DNA of 59,329 bases, the filler included, from Circinaria calcarea (lineage: Eukaryota): assembly GCA_051942165.1 (NCBI GenBank). It is 5 parts of 5 records of this genome, joined end to end, with 100 filler letters (N's around TTAATTAATTAA, not from the genome) between each part and the next. Parts side by side here need not be neighbours in the genome. Positions count along the whole stretch, not along the records: positions 23,789 to 35,575 come from JAVECS010000644.1; positions 35,676 to 47,457 come from JAVECS010000645.1; 3 more parts are not named here. One strand, written 5' to 3'. The notes below the pieces were generated by a model. That model saw only the letters and a list, made by a program, of their open reading frames with translations. It made no database searches and was not told the origin of the DNA. The position numbers and the translations under genes are program-made. Shown in pieces: positions 26,540 through 39,438 of the stretch; position 1 is the first letter of the stretch; every line of letters starts with the position of its first letter.

Positions 26540-27787
26540 ATGATAGAACTTGGTTTAGCTCGGGTTGGCCGCCTTCTTTCCAAGTCTACGCTGCAATGGA
26601 GAGCGATACACGTGGCAGGCACCAATGGGAAAGGTTCAGTTTGTGCCTATGCATCCTCTATGCTTCACGCAAGTGGTATTGCATGTGGACGGTTCACTTC
26701 ACCCCATCTGATAGACAGGTGGGACTGCATCACGGTCAATGAGAAGACCGTCGAGGAAAGCCTATTCCGTCAGGTCGAAAGTCGTGTGGTCACAAGGAAT
26801 AAAACTGAAAATATAAAAGCCTCGGAATTCGAATTACTGACTGCTACAGCATTTGAAATTTTTGCTGAAGAAAAAGTGCAGATAGGGGTGGTTGAGGTTG
26901 GCTTGGGAGGACGTCTAGACGCCACAAATATTGTGAAAGATCCCCTTGTCACGGTAATTACCAAGATTGGGCGTGACCATGAAAATCTTTTGGGTGATAC
27001 GATTGAAAAAATTGCATACCAGAAAGCAGGCATCATGAAGAAGGGAGTGCCGTGTATAGTCGATGGGACAAATTCACCAGCTGCACTACAAGTTTTGACT
27101 GATTGCGCGAGAGAAATTGAAGCTGGGCCAATCGTTCAGATCTCTGCAGACGTGGAAGTAAATGCCGATGATTTATGGAAGGTCCTCTCAAAGGACGATT
27201 TCGAGCCTCATCAACAAATGAATACTACCCTTGCTTTTGAAGCTGTCAAGAGTGCAATCTATCAGAGTGAAACACCAATCCTTGCCGATCAGCTTGCCGA
27301 AGCTATTAGAGATACTTGCTGGCCCGGTCGACTTCAGCTTTTGAGCATCAAATCCCTGACTGGTCGGGAGCAGAATGTGTTACTGGATGGGGCTCATAAT
27401 CCCCAGTCAGCCGAAGTTCTCGGCAGATATGTCGACAAATGGCTACGCCAAAACTCCGAAGCAGTCACCTGGGTGGTTGCCGCCTCCCAAGGAAAGGACC
27501 TCGCCGGAATTTTCAGTCACCTGATCAAGCCTGGAGATCATGTTGTTGCTGTACAGTTTGGGCCTGTTGAGGGAATGCCATGGGTGCGGGCGGCGTCAGA
27601 AGAAGAGATTCTGAGCCAGATCCAAGGTATGGTACAGCCGGGTTACAATTCTTCCTCAGCTTCTATCAGAGAGGCTCTCGAATGGGCTACGAACGTCTCC
27701 AATAATGGGCCGGTTGTTGTTGCAGGCAGCTTGTATCTTGCATCGGACGTCTTACGCTTGTTAAGGGCTGGAAAATGCAGGACTTGA
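26540..27787 (+). CDS. FOL3: Dihydrofolate synthetase (FolC/Mur-ligase family)
   Basis: Intronless. MIELGLARV start, HVAGTNGKGS P-loop, FTSPHL, EVGLGGRLDATN, WPGR, LDGAHN, AGSLYL. Confidence 0.9.
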   Translation: MIELGLARVGRLLSKSTLQWRAIHVAGTNGKGSVCAYASSMLHASGIACGRFTSPHLIDRWDCITVNEKTVEESLFRQVESRVVTRNKTENIKASEFELLTATAFEIFAEEKVQIGVVEVGLGGRLDATNIVKDPLVTVITKIGRDHENLLGDTIEKIAYQKAGIMKKGVPCIVDGTNSPAALQVLTDCAREIEAGPIVQISADVEVNADDLWKVLSKDDFEPHQQMNTTLAFEAVKSAIYQSETPILADQLAEAIRDTCWPGRLQLLSIKSLTGREQNVLLDGAHNPQSAEVLGRYVDKWLRQNSEAVTWVVAASQGKDLAGIFSHLIKPGDHVVAVQFGPVEGMPWVRAASEEEILSQIQGMVQPGYNSSSASIREALEWATNVSNNGPVVVAGSLYLASDVLRLLRAGKCRT

Positions 27788-28390
27788 AGTGCCCGCTTCT
27801 GGTGCGACCTGCTGTAGTGGAACTATAGGATATGCCGTTTGCTAGTATTTAGAAGTTATCACAGGTGCAGGAAGCTGCTCTGTGGAGTAGGGTGTATAAC
27901 AACCCAAATGATATTAGTAACCGGGGCCATTCCCCCGGCCCAAACCCCTTATCTGACTTGTGAGATGTGGAACCAGAAATATATCTCGCTTAATTAAAAG
28001 ATTGTCTCAGCCCTACCCCAGAGTATCACCACGGCGTACGGAGTACAGGATTGGTACCTTCTTCTACTGCCTGGCGCAAGTTGGGGCTACTCAAAGAAGA
28101 CATAGTGACTCAATTTCAGACATAGCCCAAGGTAAGTCTTGATCAGGACTTCTCCCTCAGTGATCCTTACTAACTAATCTAGAACACGCGTGAAAGTGTT
28201 CTTAGGTACCTCTTGAAGAACATATCACTGGCAAACACCTCGTCAACACTTTAATTAAAGGACGGTGAATGGTCACTTGACAGGTCACTGGGGCAAGAAT
28301 ACCATTGAGTTGAACGGGGGCAATGAAGTGCGAATTACGCTTGCGAGGAAGACCGCCTCCACCAAGCACGATCAGTTGACACCTCTCAAC

Positions 28391-31300
28391 ATGGTTGCTC
28401 GAACTACACAACCCACAGACGCCATCCCAAATGGACGATCTGGTAATGGGGTGCAGGGCTCTGGAAAGGAGGCGCATGCCAATGGTACACCACGTCATCC
28501 AAAGAAAGAATCCAGCAACCCCAGGCCGGCCCAAGACGCCGAGCTTAAAGATTATGTACGTCTTAATAGACAGCCGGATATAAGATACTCTTACTGATGG
28601 CCTTAGCAACTTGGGGATTGTCTTGGGAAAGGGGCCTTCGGTTCTGTCTTTAGGGCACTCAACATGGGAACAGGGGAGACAGTAGCAGTGAAACAAATTA
28701 AGCTAGCAGATCTGCCTAAGAGTGAGCTCCGGGTTATTACTGTATGCTTTCTTAGCCGGTGACTTTCTCCTTGGGCGTGTAGCTAATCTGGCCAATTCAT
28801 AGCTTGAAATCGACTTGCTGAAGAACTTGGATGTATGCTATCCCTTTACCCTTCAAGACAGTATAGAACTAACCACATCAGCACCCCAACATTGTCAAGT
28901 ACCATGGCTTCGTCAAATCGGCGGAATCTCTGAATATCATCCTGGAGTATGTTTTCAACTGAACCCATGCATTGCTCAATGATATTGAAGAAGGCCAGGT
29001 ACTGCGAGAACGGTTCGCTCCATTCCATTTCGAAGAACTTTGGGAAGTTTCCGGAAAATCTTGTGGGTCTTTACATGTCCCAAGTATTGCACGGTCTATT
29101 CTACCTCCACGAGCAAGGCGTTATACATCGGGATATAAAGGGAGCAAATATCCTCACAACTAAACAGGGGCTTGTCAAATTGGCAGATTTCGGGGTTGCT
29201 ACGCGTACTACGTCTTTGCACGAATCCAGTGTAGTAGGAACACCATACTGGATGGCACCAGAGGTCATTGAATTATCTGGGGCCACTACAGCTTCGGACA
29301 TCTGGAGTCTTGGCTGCACCGTCATTGAACTCTTGGATGGAAAGCCTCCATACCATAAGCTGCAGCCTATGCATGCTCTTTTTCGTATTGTCAATGACGA
29401 CCATCCTCCATTGCCAGAAGGAGCTTCTCCAGTATTTGTTCCTAAATGCTTCCTTTGCCACTTTGGCTAACGTATTCTAGATTGTCCGGGACTTTTTAAT
29501 GCAGTGCTTCCAGAAAGACCCGAACCTTCGTGTCTCTGCCCGAAAGCTTCTGAAACACGCCTGGATTGTTAATGCTCGGAGGTCAGACTCAGTGGTGCCT
29601 AAGAAACCCACCGAGTACGAGGAAGCTGTGAAAAGTGTACAGGAATGGAATGAAGCTCTGAAATCTCCGAACTCCGGTTCTTTACGTAGGATGTCCCGTC
29701 CCAAGTCGTCGAGTCCGATCCCTGGTCGCCGGGAACGTCCTGCTGTCCACACTACACCAGTTCGCGGTCCACTTGAACTAGCTAAGCCGCGGATTCAAAC
29801 AGAGCAGTTTCGCTCGCCTCTCAATCCGACAGAAGATAACTGGGACGATGATTTTGCTTCTGCTATTTCACCTAGTGCCTTGCAGCTGCCGCAACTACGA
29901 CCTCACGATCATTTTGGTGGCATGCTCTCATCAGAAAAACTTAAGGCTTATGCTTCGTTTGAGACGGTGACCGAGGAAACGAATTGGGACGATAACTTTG
30001 AGGGTGACCTCACCGTAAAAAGCCCAATGCAGCTTACAGAATCCGACCCTCTGCAAACCATCCGGCCATACTATCCAAAACGTGCTGACACGAACGAAAT
30101 AAAACGCACGGCACCGAGTAAGTCACCAAGTAGGAAACCACCGGTCTCTTCGACACATCAGGTTACTCCTCCATCCGCAGCGCTACCTAGAAATCCCAAA
30201 TCAAAATCTGCACTGCTTCCACGCCCTACTCTATTATATAGAGAGGATTCCATAGAGGATTACTCTGACTTGATTGTTACCAATGACGGCGCCTTTGACA
30301 ACAAGCTTCTTTTGACTAAGGTAAGTCTATACAGCTAACCCGAGCACCGTTAAAAGGCTAATCAACAACAGAAGAACGAGCCAGTATCACCAAAGCTACT
30401 TCATTCGTCCGATGTACGACGGCTGCCAAAATCTATGTTACCTCCGAAGCCCGGCGGTAGTTTACGGCGTCAGCCGTCATCCGCGAGGCAGCCTTCTGTG
30501 CGGCGCACAAGATCATCTATTGAGATTCAACGCTATGCGGAGAACGAACAAGATGAAGATTTCTCGGATATGTTTGGGAAGGTTACAGCGGTGGTGGACA
30601 AGCAGGAGAGTGAAAAGGGCTCAGACAGTGGTACACTAATGTTGAATTCAAAGCTATCGAATAACTCATGGCTCGGGGATGACGATGATGACGACGATCC
30701 TTTTGCACAACTCGAAGAGGGCTTCGATGAGACAGATCTCGAGGCGAACGTGGCGCGAGACAAGTATGCTCGATTGTGTACGCAGGTTGAAGGTCTAGTC
30801 GGATCCTTGAAAGTCTCCCAATCAGAGGATACGTTATCTGATTTATCGGAACAACTTCTCGAGGTACTTTCTGACCTGCCTGATACCAAAAGCGTCATCA
30901 TAAGTGCTCATGGCATGTTACCGATTCTTGAAATACTGGAGACTTGCCGGCGTCGCGATGTAATTTTCGATCTTCTCAAGATAGTCAATTTGATAATCTT
31001 CAACGATGTGGAAATCCAAGAGAACCTCTGCTTCGTTGGAGGAATCCCGATTATCACAAAATATGCTTCAAGGAAATTCTCCAGCGAGATTCGGCTCGAA
31101 GCAGCAGCGTTCGTGCGCCAGATGTACCAGACGTCAACCTTGACCTTACAAATGTTTGTAAGTGCAGGGGGCCTCAAGGTCCTCGTTGAGTTTCTGGAGG
31201 AAGACTATGAGGAGGAAAGGGATCTCGTGCTCATCGGGGTGAATGGTATATGGAGCGTCTTTGAGCTACAAGGTCCCACTCCGAAGAACGATTTCTGCCG

Positions 31301-32856
31301 CATTCTTTCAAGGAACTCTGTGCTTGATCCACTATCTCTAGTATTAAGTCGAGTGCTTGACGAGACAGGTGAGCTTGCGGAGCTCTGGGAGGGTCGGATC
31401 GCAAATATCTTTGTGCTTTTCTCCCAAGCCGAGAATCATGTCAAAGAACTTGTCGCCGATAGAACCGTTCTTCATCGTAGGAGATCACCTCCACTATGTC
31501 GGATGCAACCACTAATGGGATGGCAGGTGTTTTGAAGGAGCTAAAGCGAATGTCGCCAGTCCACCAAGTCACGATGCTCAAATTCATAAAGAACCTCTCC
31601 ATGCTCTCTACCACTCTGGACTCGCTGCAAAATTCGAATGCAATAGATGTGCTGACGGAACTGCTTCGGACCAGTTTTAAAGAACCGCATTTTGGCGAAA
31701 TATCAAACCAGGTACTCAATACCATCTACAACCTTTGTCGATTGAACAAGTCTCGACAGGAGGATGCAGCTCTTAATGGGATTATACCTATACTGCAGCG
31801 ATTTCTCAAGACAGAACGACCACTTAAGGAGTTTGCACTTCCAATACTCTGTGACATGGCCCATTCCGGTAAGGTTGGTCGACGAGAGCTATGGCGCAAC
31901 AAGGGGCTTCCGTTTTACATTTCGCTTCTCTCCGAGCCTTATTATCAGGTCACCGCTTTGGACGCTATTTTCATCTGGTATGTCCGTATCCTGCTTGCCG
32001 TGGACTTATTCTGACCAAATATTGCAGGCTGCAAGAAGAGACGGCCAAGGTTGAAGATTACTTGCTGGAAGGTAGCTTTACCAGTGCAATCATCAAGTGT
32101 TTTACGACATCGAAAGCGAACTCGTTCGAAAGTTTACTGGAACCTCTTCAGAAACTGCTCCGGCTGAGTCCACCCGTTGCTCTGAGCTTGGCCCATCCCG
32201 AGCTCTTTGCTCGTGTGCTGCAGAAGCTTCAATCCAACAAGGCTGTGATGAGGCTTAACCTTTTACGTATTGTCCGAAGTATCTGCGATGCTAGCGATGA
32301 ACAAGGAGCCCTCATCAATATGTACGGTCTCTACGATACGATACAGCGGCTCGCTGAGACGGATACAGCGGTTTTGGTTAGAAACATGGCTGGGGAGTTG
32401 ATCAAGTCATGCGATGAGCACGATAAGCTTGGTAAAAGCGGTGGTAAGCGCCGGCAAGGTCGACGCGCCAGTGCGTCCATTACACCGCCGAGCGCAATGG
32501 GCAGTATGTCAATGCCGCCCACCCCGACGAGTGCTCGGTCCTCTCAATCGACAAAGTACTTTGCGGAACGAGAAAACCGACAGCGGAACATGATCAACGG
32601 CCAGGCGCCTTTCCGTGCCAATGGTAAAGACGAATCAAGTTTGAATTGTACACCAACCTTGGTGCACGCTACCGGCGCTTCGAAAAGCCGACTGCCACGC
32701 ACAACATCCGGTCGAAACTCTCGACAGTCAATGTTGACGTCGCCGAAAAAGGAAGAGAACGTGGTGCCTCTGCCATCGACCCAGGTGCCACCGTCGACGT
32801 CGGTTCCCAACTCGAGGAGACGGAGGCAAGTCAGTGGCGATGCGCGTTGGTCCTGA
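28391..32856 (+). CDS. sepH: Septation initiation kinase SepH/Cdc7/Cdc15
   Basis: MVART start; [34 protein letters not shown] kinase domain; long ARM-like C-terminal region ([34 protein letters not shown]). About 8 GT-AG introns. Confidence 0.93.
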
Positions 32857-33722
32857 AATACATTGGGGGTTTATTGCATATAGGGGGATCAGGGGCTTCA
32901 AAGGGGCACTGGAGACTGATCGGGTTCAGGGAATGGGGAACTGGCACTGGTCAGGAGTCGTTGGCTGTAAATTACGCGGGATGGTCTCTATGACACGCCG
33001 AGGAAGTGGGGTCTACGCTGTACTTGTATTTATAGCTGGATGGGCATTGGCCTGGGGATGCTTTGCTCGCCATTGCGGTTACTCCATGGTTGGCTGTTCT
33101 TGTCACCTCCGCGGTTGAAGGCCTACTTCAGGAGTTACATGGGTTTGATGAGGTGGTGGTGAGATGCTATGGCGGTAGGAGGAAGGCTCTCGGTGAGGAT
33201 AGAGAATACTGCTATACTGGGCTTCGTCTGCTGTTGCTTGAATAATACTTGTGACCCAAGTCCCCTTGCCCCAATCTCGACAGGCCGGTGATTGTTTGCC
33301 AAGAGGCAAGGGGATACCGATGATGTCATATGACAACTCCCGTCCAACCCCCGCATGATGAGAGTAGAAGAATAGCTGCTCAGTTGGAGAGAGTGAATAT
33401 CAAGCTCCAGAGCTATCGTGGCTTCCTACGTGACTCTTAGATTGTTACAAGAAGGCTTCAAGTACATACTTGCCGAAGTGAATGTGGTTGTGTCTTCTTA
33501 CCCATCCCTACCCGAATTCCCACCGATGTCATCGTTTGAGAGTGATGCGCGATCCCAGTTTCTTCCCTGCCAAGATTCAGCATTAGCGCCGAGTGGCTAG
33601 TGCCTACAAACTGAAAACTCCCGCCCGACTTCTCCTTCTCTTCCTCCATCACATCACTCTCGTCTTCCATCAGCAGTACCGCTCAAGACCAATCGAATCA
33701 GTCTAGCTCATAGTCCTCCGCA

Positions 33723-34503
33723 ATGGCTACCCTTCACTGTAAGTCAATCTCCTCTGTTTCGATTTCCCGATGAGTGCGAGCTTCACCGGGGAGTGTGACG
33801 ACATTGCTGCCGAGTGTGAGCGACGCGTGGTGTACATCAGTGTCGAGAGCGCCGACGAACGCTGGAAACTGCTTGAGAGTTTGATTTCTCTCATTTTGGG
33901 CGTACTCGCACTAACTGTCGTTTGCTACACTTGATGTTACTCGCTCGAACATTTACCTCGTCCACAATTTTCTCAAAGATATCAAGCTAATCGCACTCCG
34001 CCCATTATAGATCTCCCACCCGTTAAGCCATCGGCCATTGCCCTCGGTACAGTCTTCAATCACACCGTATCCCTTGCCATTCTTGCGCCAGTCTTTGGTG
34101 ACACCTACAACCGCGCTCAGGCCGCCAACTCCAAGGAAGAGTTTCTGAAGAGTAAGGAGGCCGCCAGTGCCGCCGCTGCTTGGGGTTCTTCGCTTGTTGG
34201 TTCAGCCATTCAGACTTATGGTGTCGGGGCCTTGATCAATGCTACCGGAACTTTGAGTTACAAGGGTGCCGCTTATCTTGGAAGTCTGATCTTTATGGCC
34301 AGCTCTGCACCATCGGTCAGTTAAAAACATGTAACCTCATACTCATCTTTTACTAACGGACTGATCAGTTCGTCTCGCAAATCTTCACTGAGAAACGCCC
34401 CATGGACACCGTCGCTGTTGGTGCCCTCGCCCGTGTCTTTGAGACTGTTGGCCTAAGCTTGTTCCTTACTTGGTGGGGAACTCGCACCAACCCGTTCGAC
34501 TAA
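33723..34503 (+). CDS. Small multi-pass membrane protein, DUF1761-like
   Basis: Exons 33723-33738, 34011-34315, 34369-34503 splice in frame to MATLHYLPPVKPSAIALGTVFNHTVSLAILAPVFGDTY...LSYKGAAYLGSLIF...FTEKRP...LFLTWWGTRTNPFD*. Not in the ORF track. Confidence 0.85.
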
Positions 34504-35575
34504 GCGGGTTACTTTTAAAGTAGTTCATTCACTTCCTTGACGTTATGTGCGGAAAGGAAAGGGATGGATAAGTTGGTTGAACGCGGAGAAGGGATATTTG
34601 CGGTCAGTTGTATTATCGTGCAATTCAAGACGGAATCTCCATATTGAGTCTACTGCCGCTTGTAACGGTAGTGCAATAGCTTGTATCAATAGTCCTTGAG
34701 TGAAACCCAGATCCGTTTGCAATCCTCCAGCATGAATACTTGTATCGTTTGTTTGGCAAGGGAATTGTGATGCTATTGACGGAGAAGTTCCTAGCAACTG
34801 CTCCTTTATCTCTCCGGACGCCTTTCCACCATTGATTATTTTTGTCACCAGTACCTAGTACACACTCTCGTGAAATAATCCCGACGACCACCCTCCTAAC
34901 TATGTAAATACCCAATTTCCGGATCAGATTACCCTCGTATGTAAAAAATCCTGTTCCAAAAAAAAAAACCAACACCCCCTTTTTGGATTCACGGGGGAGT
35001 AGGGGCAATCTCGAAAATGCCACCTCGAAAAAGTCCACGGATCTTAATTGTTCCTCTTACCACCCCCACGTAGGATCTTTTTTCTACTTTTTAAAAATAA
35101 GATAAAATATTTTTATTATTATATGTGCACTAGATGGGGATGGGAATCTAATAATAATTTTATTATCTATAAAAGAAAGAAAGAATTTCCAGCCCTATGG
35201 TATTGGGATTGGGGATTCCTATCTGAAAAGAGTTTGGAAATTTTCGTTGATTCACTTTTGAAAAAAGGTTGGAACTTGGAAAGTTATATTCCCATACCTT
35301 ATACCAGACTCAACTCGGGGCTTTTTTTTTAAAAAAAAAACTATGGTAGGTATTCCGGATTGGCAGGGAAACTATTCTATCTATCTGAAAAAAGTTGGTA
35401 GATCTTTACTAGGAATTTTGAAATTGGCAAATCTAGAATTATGGAGTTACGTTTTGATTAATTTAAATGATTGATCACCAGTGGTTGGTGGTGGATTCAA
35501 TCAATCAAAACAATTCGGGGGATTTCTTCTCGGGGTTGCCCTTTTTCAATGGAAGCCCCCCCCCCCCCCCCCCCC

Positions 35576-35675
35576 NNNNNNNNNNNNNNNNNNNNNNNNN
35601 NNNNNNNNNNNNNNNNNNNTTAATTAATTAANNNNNNNNNNNNNNNNNNNNNNNNNNNNNNNNNNNNNNNNNNNN
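35576..35675. other. Artificial contig-joining spacer
   Basis: 44 N + TTAATTAATTAA + 44 N. Confidence 0.98.
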
Positions 35676-36657
35676 GTTTACCGGGGGTGCGGAGCGATTG
35701 GGAAGGAGGGGAGCGGGGATGTGGATGGGGTTGACTGCGTGGGCCGTGGTGGTGGTGGTTGGGTTGATGGTGGTGTAGGTGGCTGATAGCGGAAGGGAAC
35801 TGGATTATAGGATGTGAAAATAAGAGTTTGTGGGTGAATTTCCTCTAGAGCTTATAGATCCTCAATTGTATAAAAGTGCTTTGAGAAAGTTTATAGGGGA
35901 TAAAGGGGAAAAAACCAAATTCTGCCATGGTATCCCCGAAACAAACTGTGGGTTAAACTACTCAAGACACGCAATTCCGAGAAATAAGCGAAACGTACCT
36001 GTATTCTTTGATTTGGACTCCACTAATCGACCCTGGAAGCCCGTTACCGTTACCGTTACCGTTACCTCGTGGACAAGTGAGTATCTTTACCCCAGTATTT
36101 CTTACTATTTGACCGTAGCGATTCCAATGTAAGTAAGAAATGCAGATCGGAAGGGACCATATCTTCAACAATCTTCGCCGCCTGAAGCTATTTAAGACAA
36201 GACAAGACAATCATGTACATGAGAGCCATCCGAACCACATCAGTCGAGATATGTGGAGAGATCTCGCTTACGCCCTTGGTCGAGTATATCAATGAGCCGG
36301 GACCCGGTACTTTGCTCTGTTACTCCTGGTCCTGGACTAAGCATTCCCTTTGTCTTTTTGGCACGAATAAACAGTAGATTGTTGGCATTCTAGCCCCTAC
36401 TTAGTGTGCAGCTGATCCTTTTATACTACTGTACTGGCTAAATATCTTCTCCTCGAGGGGGACTGATAAGTGTCTATCAGATACAAACCCCCACCTTCGC
36501 CTAAGCTTCTGCATAATGTCCCGGAGGAGCGGATGAACCGCGCCGATTACCCGCGCTAAGAGCAGCAAGCGAGCATCTTTAATATTCTTTCACTTCTGCG
36601 GCCCCTTCCATTATCATTCCAGTCACCTTCACATCAACTCGTGATCCAAACGTCAAA

Positions 36658-37886
36658 ATGGGTAGGAAACGCAAGGTCCAGCAATCCATCAGTGATGGTG
36701 AAGATGAAGATGAAAATGATGCTGCACCAGCCCCTGTACTTAAAAGGACACGGGGGGCTACTGCGAAGCAAGCCCAGCCAATCGCAGCCGTAGCCCGCTC
36801 CAATCGTACATCTAGAACAGATACCTCATCTATGCCAACGAAAGCGCCTGTAAAAGGGAGGTCAAGCAAATCACAAAGGAAAGCAGAGGAAGTTGCAGAG
36901 GAAATGGAAACCCCAAAAGCCGTAAAAACCTCTGCTGCTCGTACTTCAAGGGCGCGAGGAGCAATTACTGCAACAGCGCCGCGAAGAAACTCCACTATGT
37001 CTGTTGAGGTACCTCGTCGCGACAAAAAGAGAGCCGTAGCAAAAGTTGCCGATGAAGAGGAATCCCACGGAGACATGGAGAACGACAGAAAGTCTTATTG
37101 GTTGATGAAAGCAGAACCGGAGTCTCGCATCGAAAAGGGCAAGGATGTCAAGTTCTCAATCGATGACCTAGAGGCACGTCAAGAACCAGAAGGTTGGGAC
37201 GGTAAGCCTTTCCATCACGTCCAAGCCCTCTCCAGACTAACAACCTTGACAGGCGTACGTAATATGGGAGGTCAGTTTCTTAGTATAATACCGGAAGGGC
37301 CAGCTAATCTCTTATACAGCACGTAACAACATGCGTAGCATGAAGAAAGGAGATCTTGCCTTCTTTTATCATTCCAACTGCAAGGTACCAGGGATAGCTG
37401 GGATCATGGAGATCGTTCGTGAACATTCAGTTGATGGTAAGGCTCTCTTGAAGGATTATGCATTGGCTAAAGCAGCTGCTGTCAGAATCTGCCCTTGACC
37501 CAGAACATCCTTATTATGATCCAAAATCAGAGGCCGAGAATCCGAAGTGGTCGCTGGTGCACGTCGAATTCCGCCAGAAGTTCCCGGCACTCATTAAGCT
37601 TAAGGAACTGCAAAGATTCGCTAAGCCGGGAGGTGTCCTCGAGAACCTGCAGACACTCCGGCAGACACGTCTGAGTGTATCGCGGGTATCTAAGAAAGAG
37701 TGGGACTTTATCCTCTGTTTAGTTGATCCCCCGGAGGACGATTCGGAAGCCGCTATAGTAGACACCAGTACTGCCGCCAGTAAATTAGACACTGAAATTG
37801 TAACTCATGCAAACAAAGAGTCGAATGAGCTGGAAGAAGTAATCAAAGACTTATCGACTTATACGAATGGGGAATCTAGAAAGTAG
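36658..37886 (+). CDS. EVE-domain (Thy28/THYN1-like) nuclear protein
   Basis: Exons 36658-37201, 37253-37270, 37320-37436, 37486-37886. Motifs YWLMKAEPE, FSIDDL, spliced WDGVRNMGARNNMRSMKKGDLAFFYHSNCK, HPYYDPKS, RLSVSRV. The frame stays open to 38105 after the TAG. Confidence 0.9.
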
Positions 37887-38323
37887 GATGAAGCGGTCGA
37901 CGCAGGGCCAGGTACCGAGACCAATAAGTCAAGCAATGGCGTTTTATCTCATACGAATGGGAATGCCAAGGAGCAGGACGACGACGTCAACACAGGGGAG
38001 CCTGGGTCTAAAGATACAACGGTACATCTCTCGGACCTGTCAGTACCAGCCCAGACTCCATCACAAGCTGAGCAGGCCTCTGCAGCTTCTGACGAGCCAA
38101 TTTGAGATCTGTTGGGCGGGTTAAACAGTGTTCTAGGAAAACTGTGCTCGTGGTGATGACCAATTTTGTTGCCAGACTACATTAAACGACGTGGTTTAAG
38201 CATGTAGCTGCTTGAGAAGGCTATTGGCTTGGGCGGTTTACTGCTTCATAGTGAGAGGAGACACGGAACTTCTCCATAACAATCAATTTGACGCTGATCT
38301 CAAGCTGTCCTAATTTCGGGGAC

Positions 38324-39031
38324 TCATCCTTTTGTCCATGCTATTGGCTGCAAGCCATAAAATCGTACCGGATAAAGGCCCTTTGGGAATCCAGGTTGGA
38401 GCTCGGTCTTGACAATCCTCAATTCGCTCTCTTCAAATAGACGTCGGAACTTGCCATCAGTTCTCGTGACACTGCTATCCAGTTCGTCGAATACATCTTC
38501 TCCCTTTATATTAGTGCTCATGTTTTCCTTCACCACGATCCAACCACTGTCACTTAAGGCTTTTCCACACCTCTTGAAATATCGCACCAACTGTACATCG
38601 GTCAAATGCCCCAAACACCACTGGTTCCATATCAAGTCATATTGCATCTCGGGAATCCATTCTTCCAGCCCTACCACGTAGACTTTTTCGATCCGCGCCC
38701 CTCCAAGCATCTTCCTGCCCTTGACCTCCTTTGCAAACTTTTCAATCGGCTCCACAATGTCCACAATCTCGCAGACTTTGCTCAAGATTCCAGCAGTGAC
38801 CCGTCCAATGCCAGCGCCGCAGTCGACACCCCTTCCTAACGGGCTATTGAGAGTCGTAGCCGGTAAGGTATGTTTCTGAAGCCTGGCGAGGAAGTTGGCG
38901 CTGCCTTTCAGATCGACACGTGAGATGTGGGGGAAGCCACCAAGCATACCGTTGACCGTGGGTGAGACATGATTCCAATAGTTGAGGGAGTCGGTGTGAG
39001 AGATTCTGGCATCGGGCGGAGTGGTAGTCAT
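38324..39031 (-). CDS. TAE1: Alpha N-terminal protein methyltransferase (NTM1/Tae1)
   Basis: Motifs YW..V.PTVNGMLGG, DCGAGIGRVT, IWNQWCLGHLTD, VKEN, DSSVTR, LYPVRFYGL. Confidence 0.93.
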   Translation of the reverse strand: MTTTPPDARISHTDSLNYWNHVSPTVNGMLGGFPHISRVDLKGSANFLARLQKHTLPATTLNSPLGRGVDCGAGIGRVTAGILSKVCEIVDIVEPIEKFAKEVKGRKMLGGARIEKVYVVGLEEWIPEMQYDLIWNQWCLGHLTDVQLVRYFKRCGKALSDSGWIVVKENMSTNIKGEDVFDELDSSVTRTDGKFRRLFEESELRIVKTELQPGFPKGLYPVRFYGLQPIAWTKG

Positions 39032-39179
39032 CGGGGTAGCAGGGAAGAACAGTAAAAACCAGGATATCTTCTCAGGAAAGGGGTTGAGGGAGTACCGTCA
39101 TGCTCGGTTACATTCTAAGATGCCTAAACACTTCTTTAGACCGGGTCGGACAAGGAATCATTGAATCTCGAGAGGTACT

Positions 39180-39344
39180 CGGTAAGTATCTCAGTAACCC
39201 ACAAAAACCCGGAGCCCGGAGTATCTAGGTCCTATGGTACAGCTAGGCTCTACTAGGCAACTCTATCGATACTTACCGGAAACCCTACCCCTCTCGAGCC
39301 CCGCTTCCCTTTCTGGGGTATAACTGATTTACAAGCATATAAAA
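39180..39344. promoter_or_regulatory. Bidirectional promoter elements between the NTM1 and ALDH genes
   Basis: Four SYGGRG (CreA-type) matches at 39209, 39216, 39299 (minus strand) and 39313; TATAAAA at 39338; perfect 11-bp inverted repeat at 39180-39190 / 39268-39278. Confidence 0.45.
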
Positions 39345-39438
39345 GATCTCCTTGCCTGCCTTACACACTAAGTCTTCCAATTTCAACATAGCATTCATTT
39401 ATCTTGCGAATCCTAAATCACAGAGTTCAGTAACTAAA

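Noticed and set aside
34540..36300. AT-rich ORFs around the third spacer
   Set aside because: 3' UTR and low-quality contig-end sequence with a poly-C run and a (CCGTTA)n repeat; no coding evidence.
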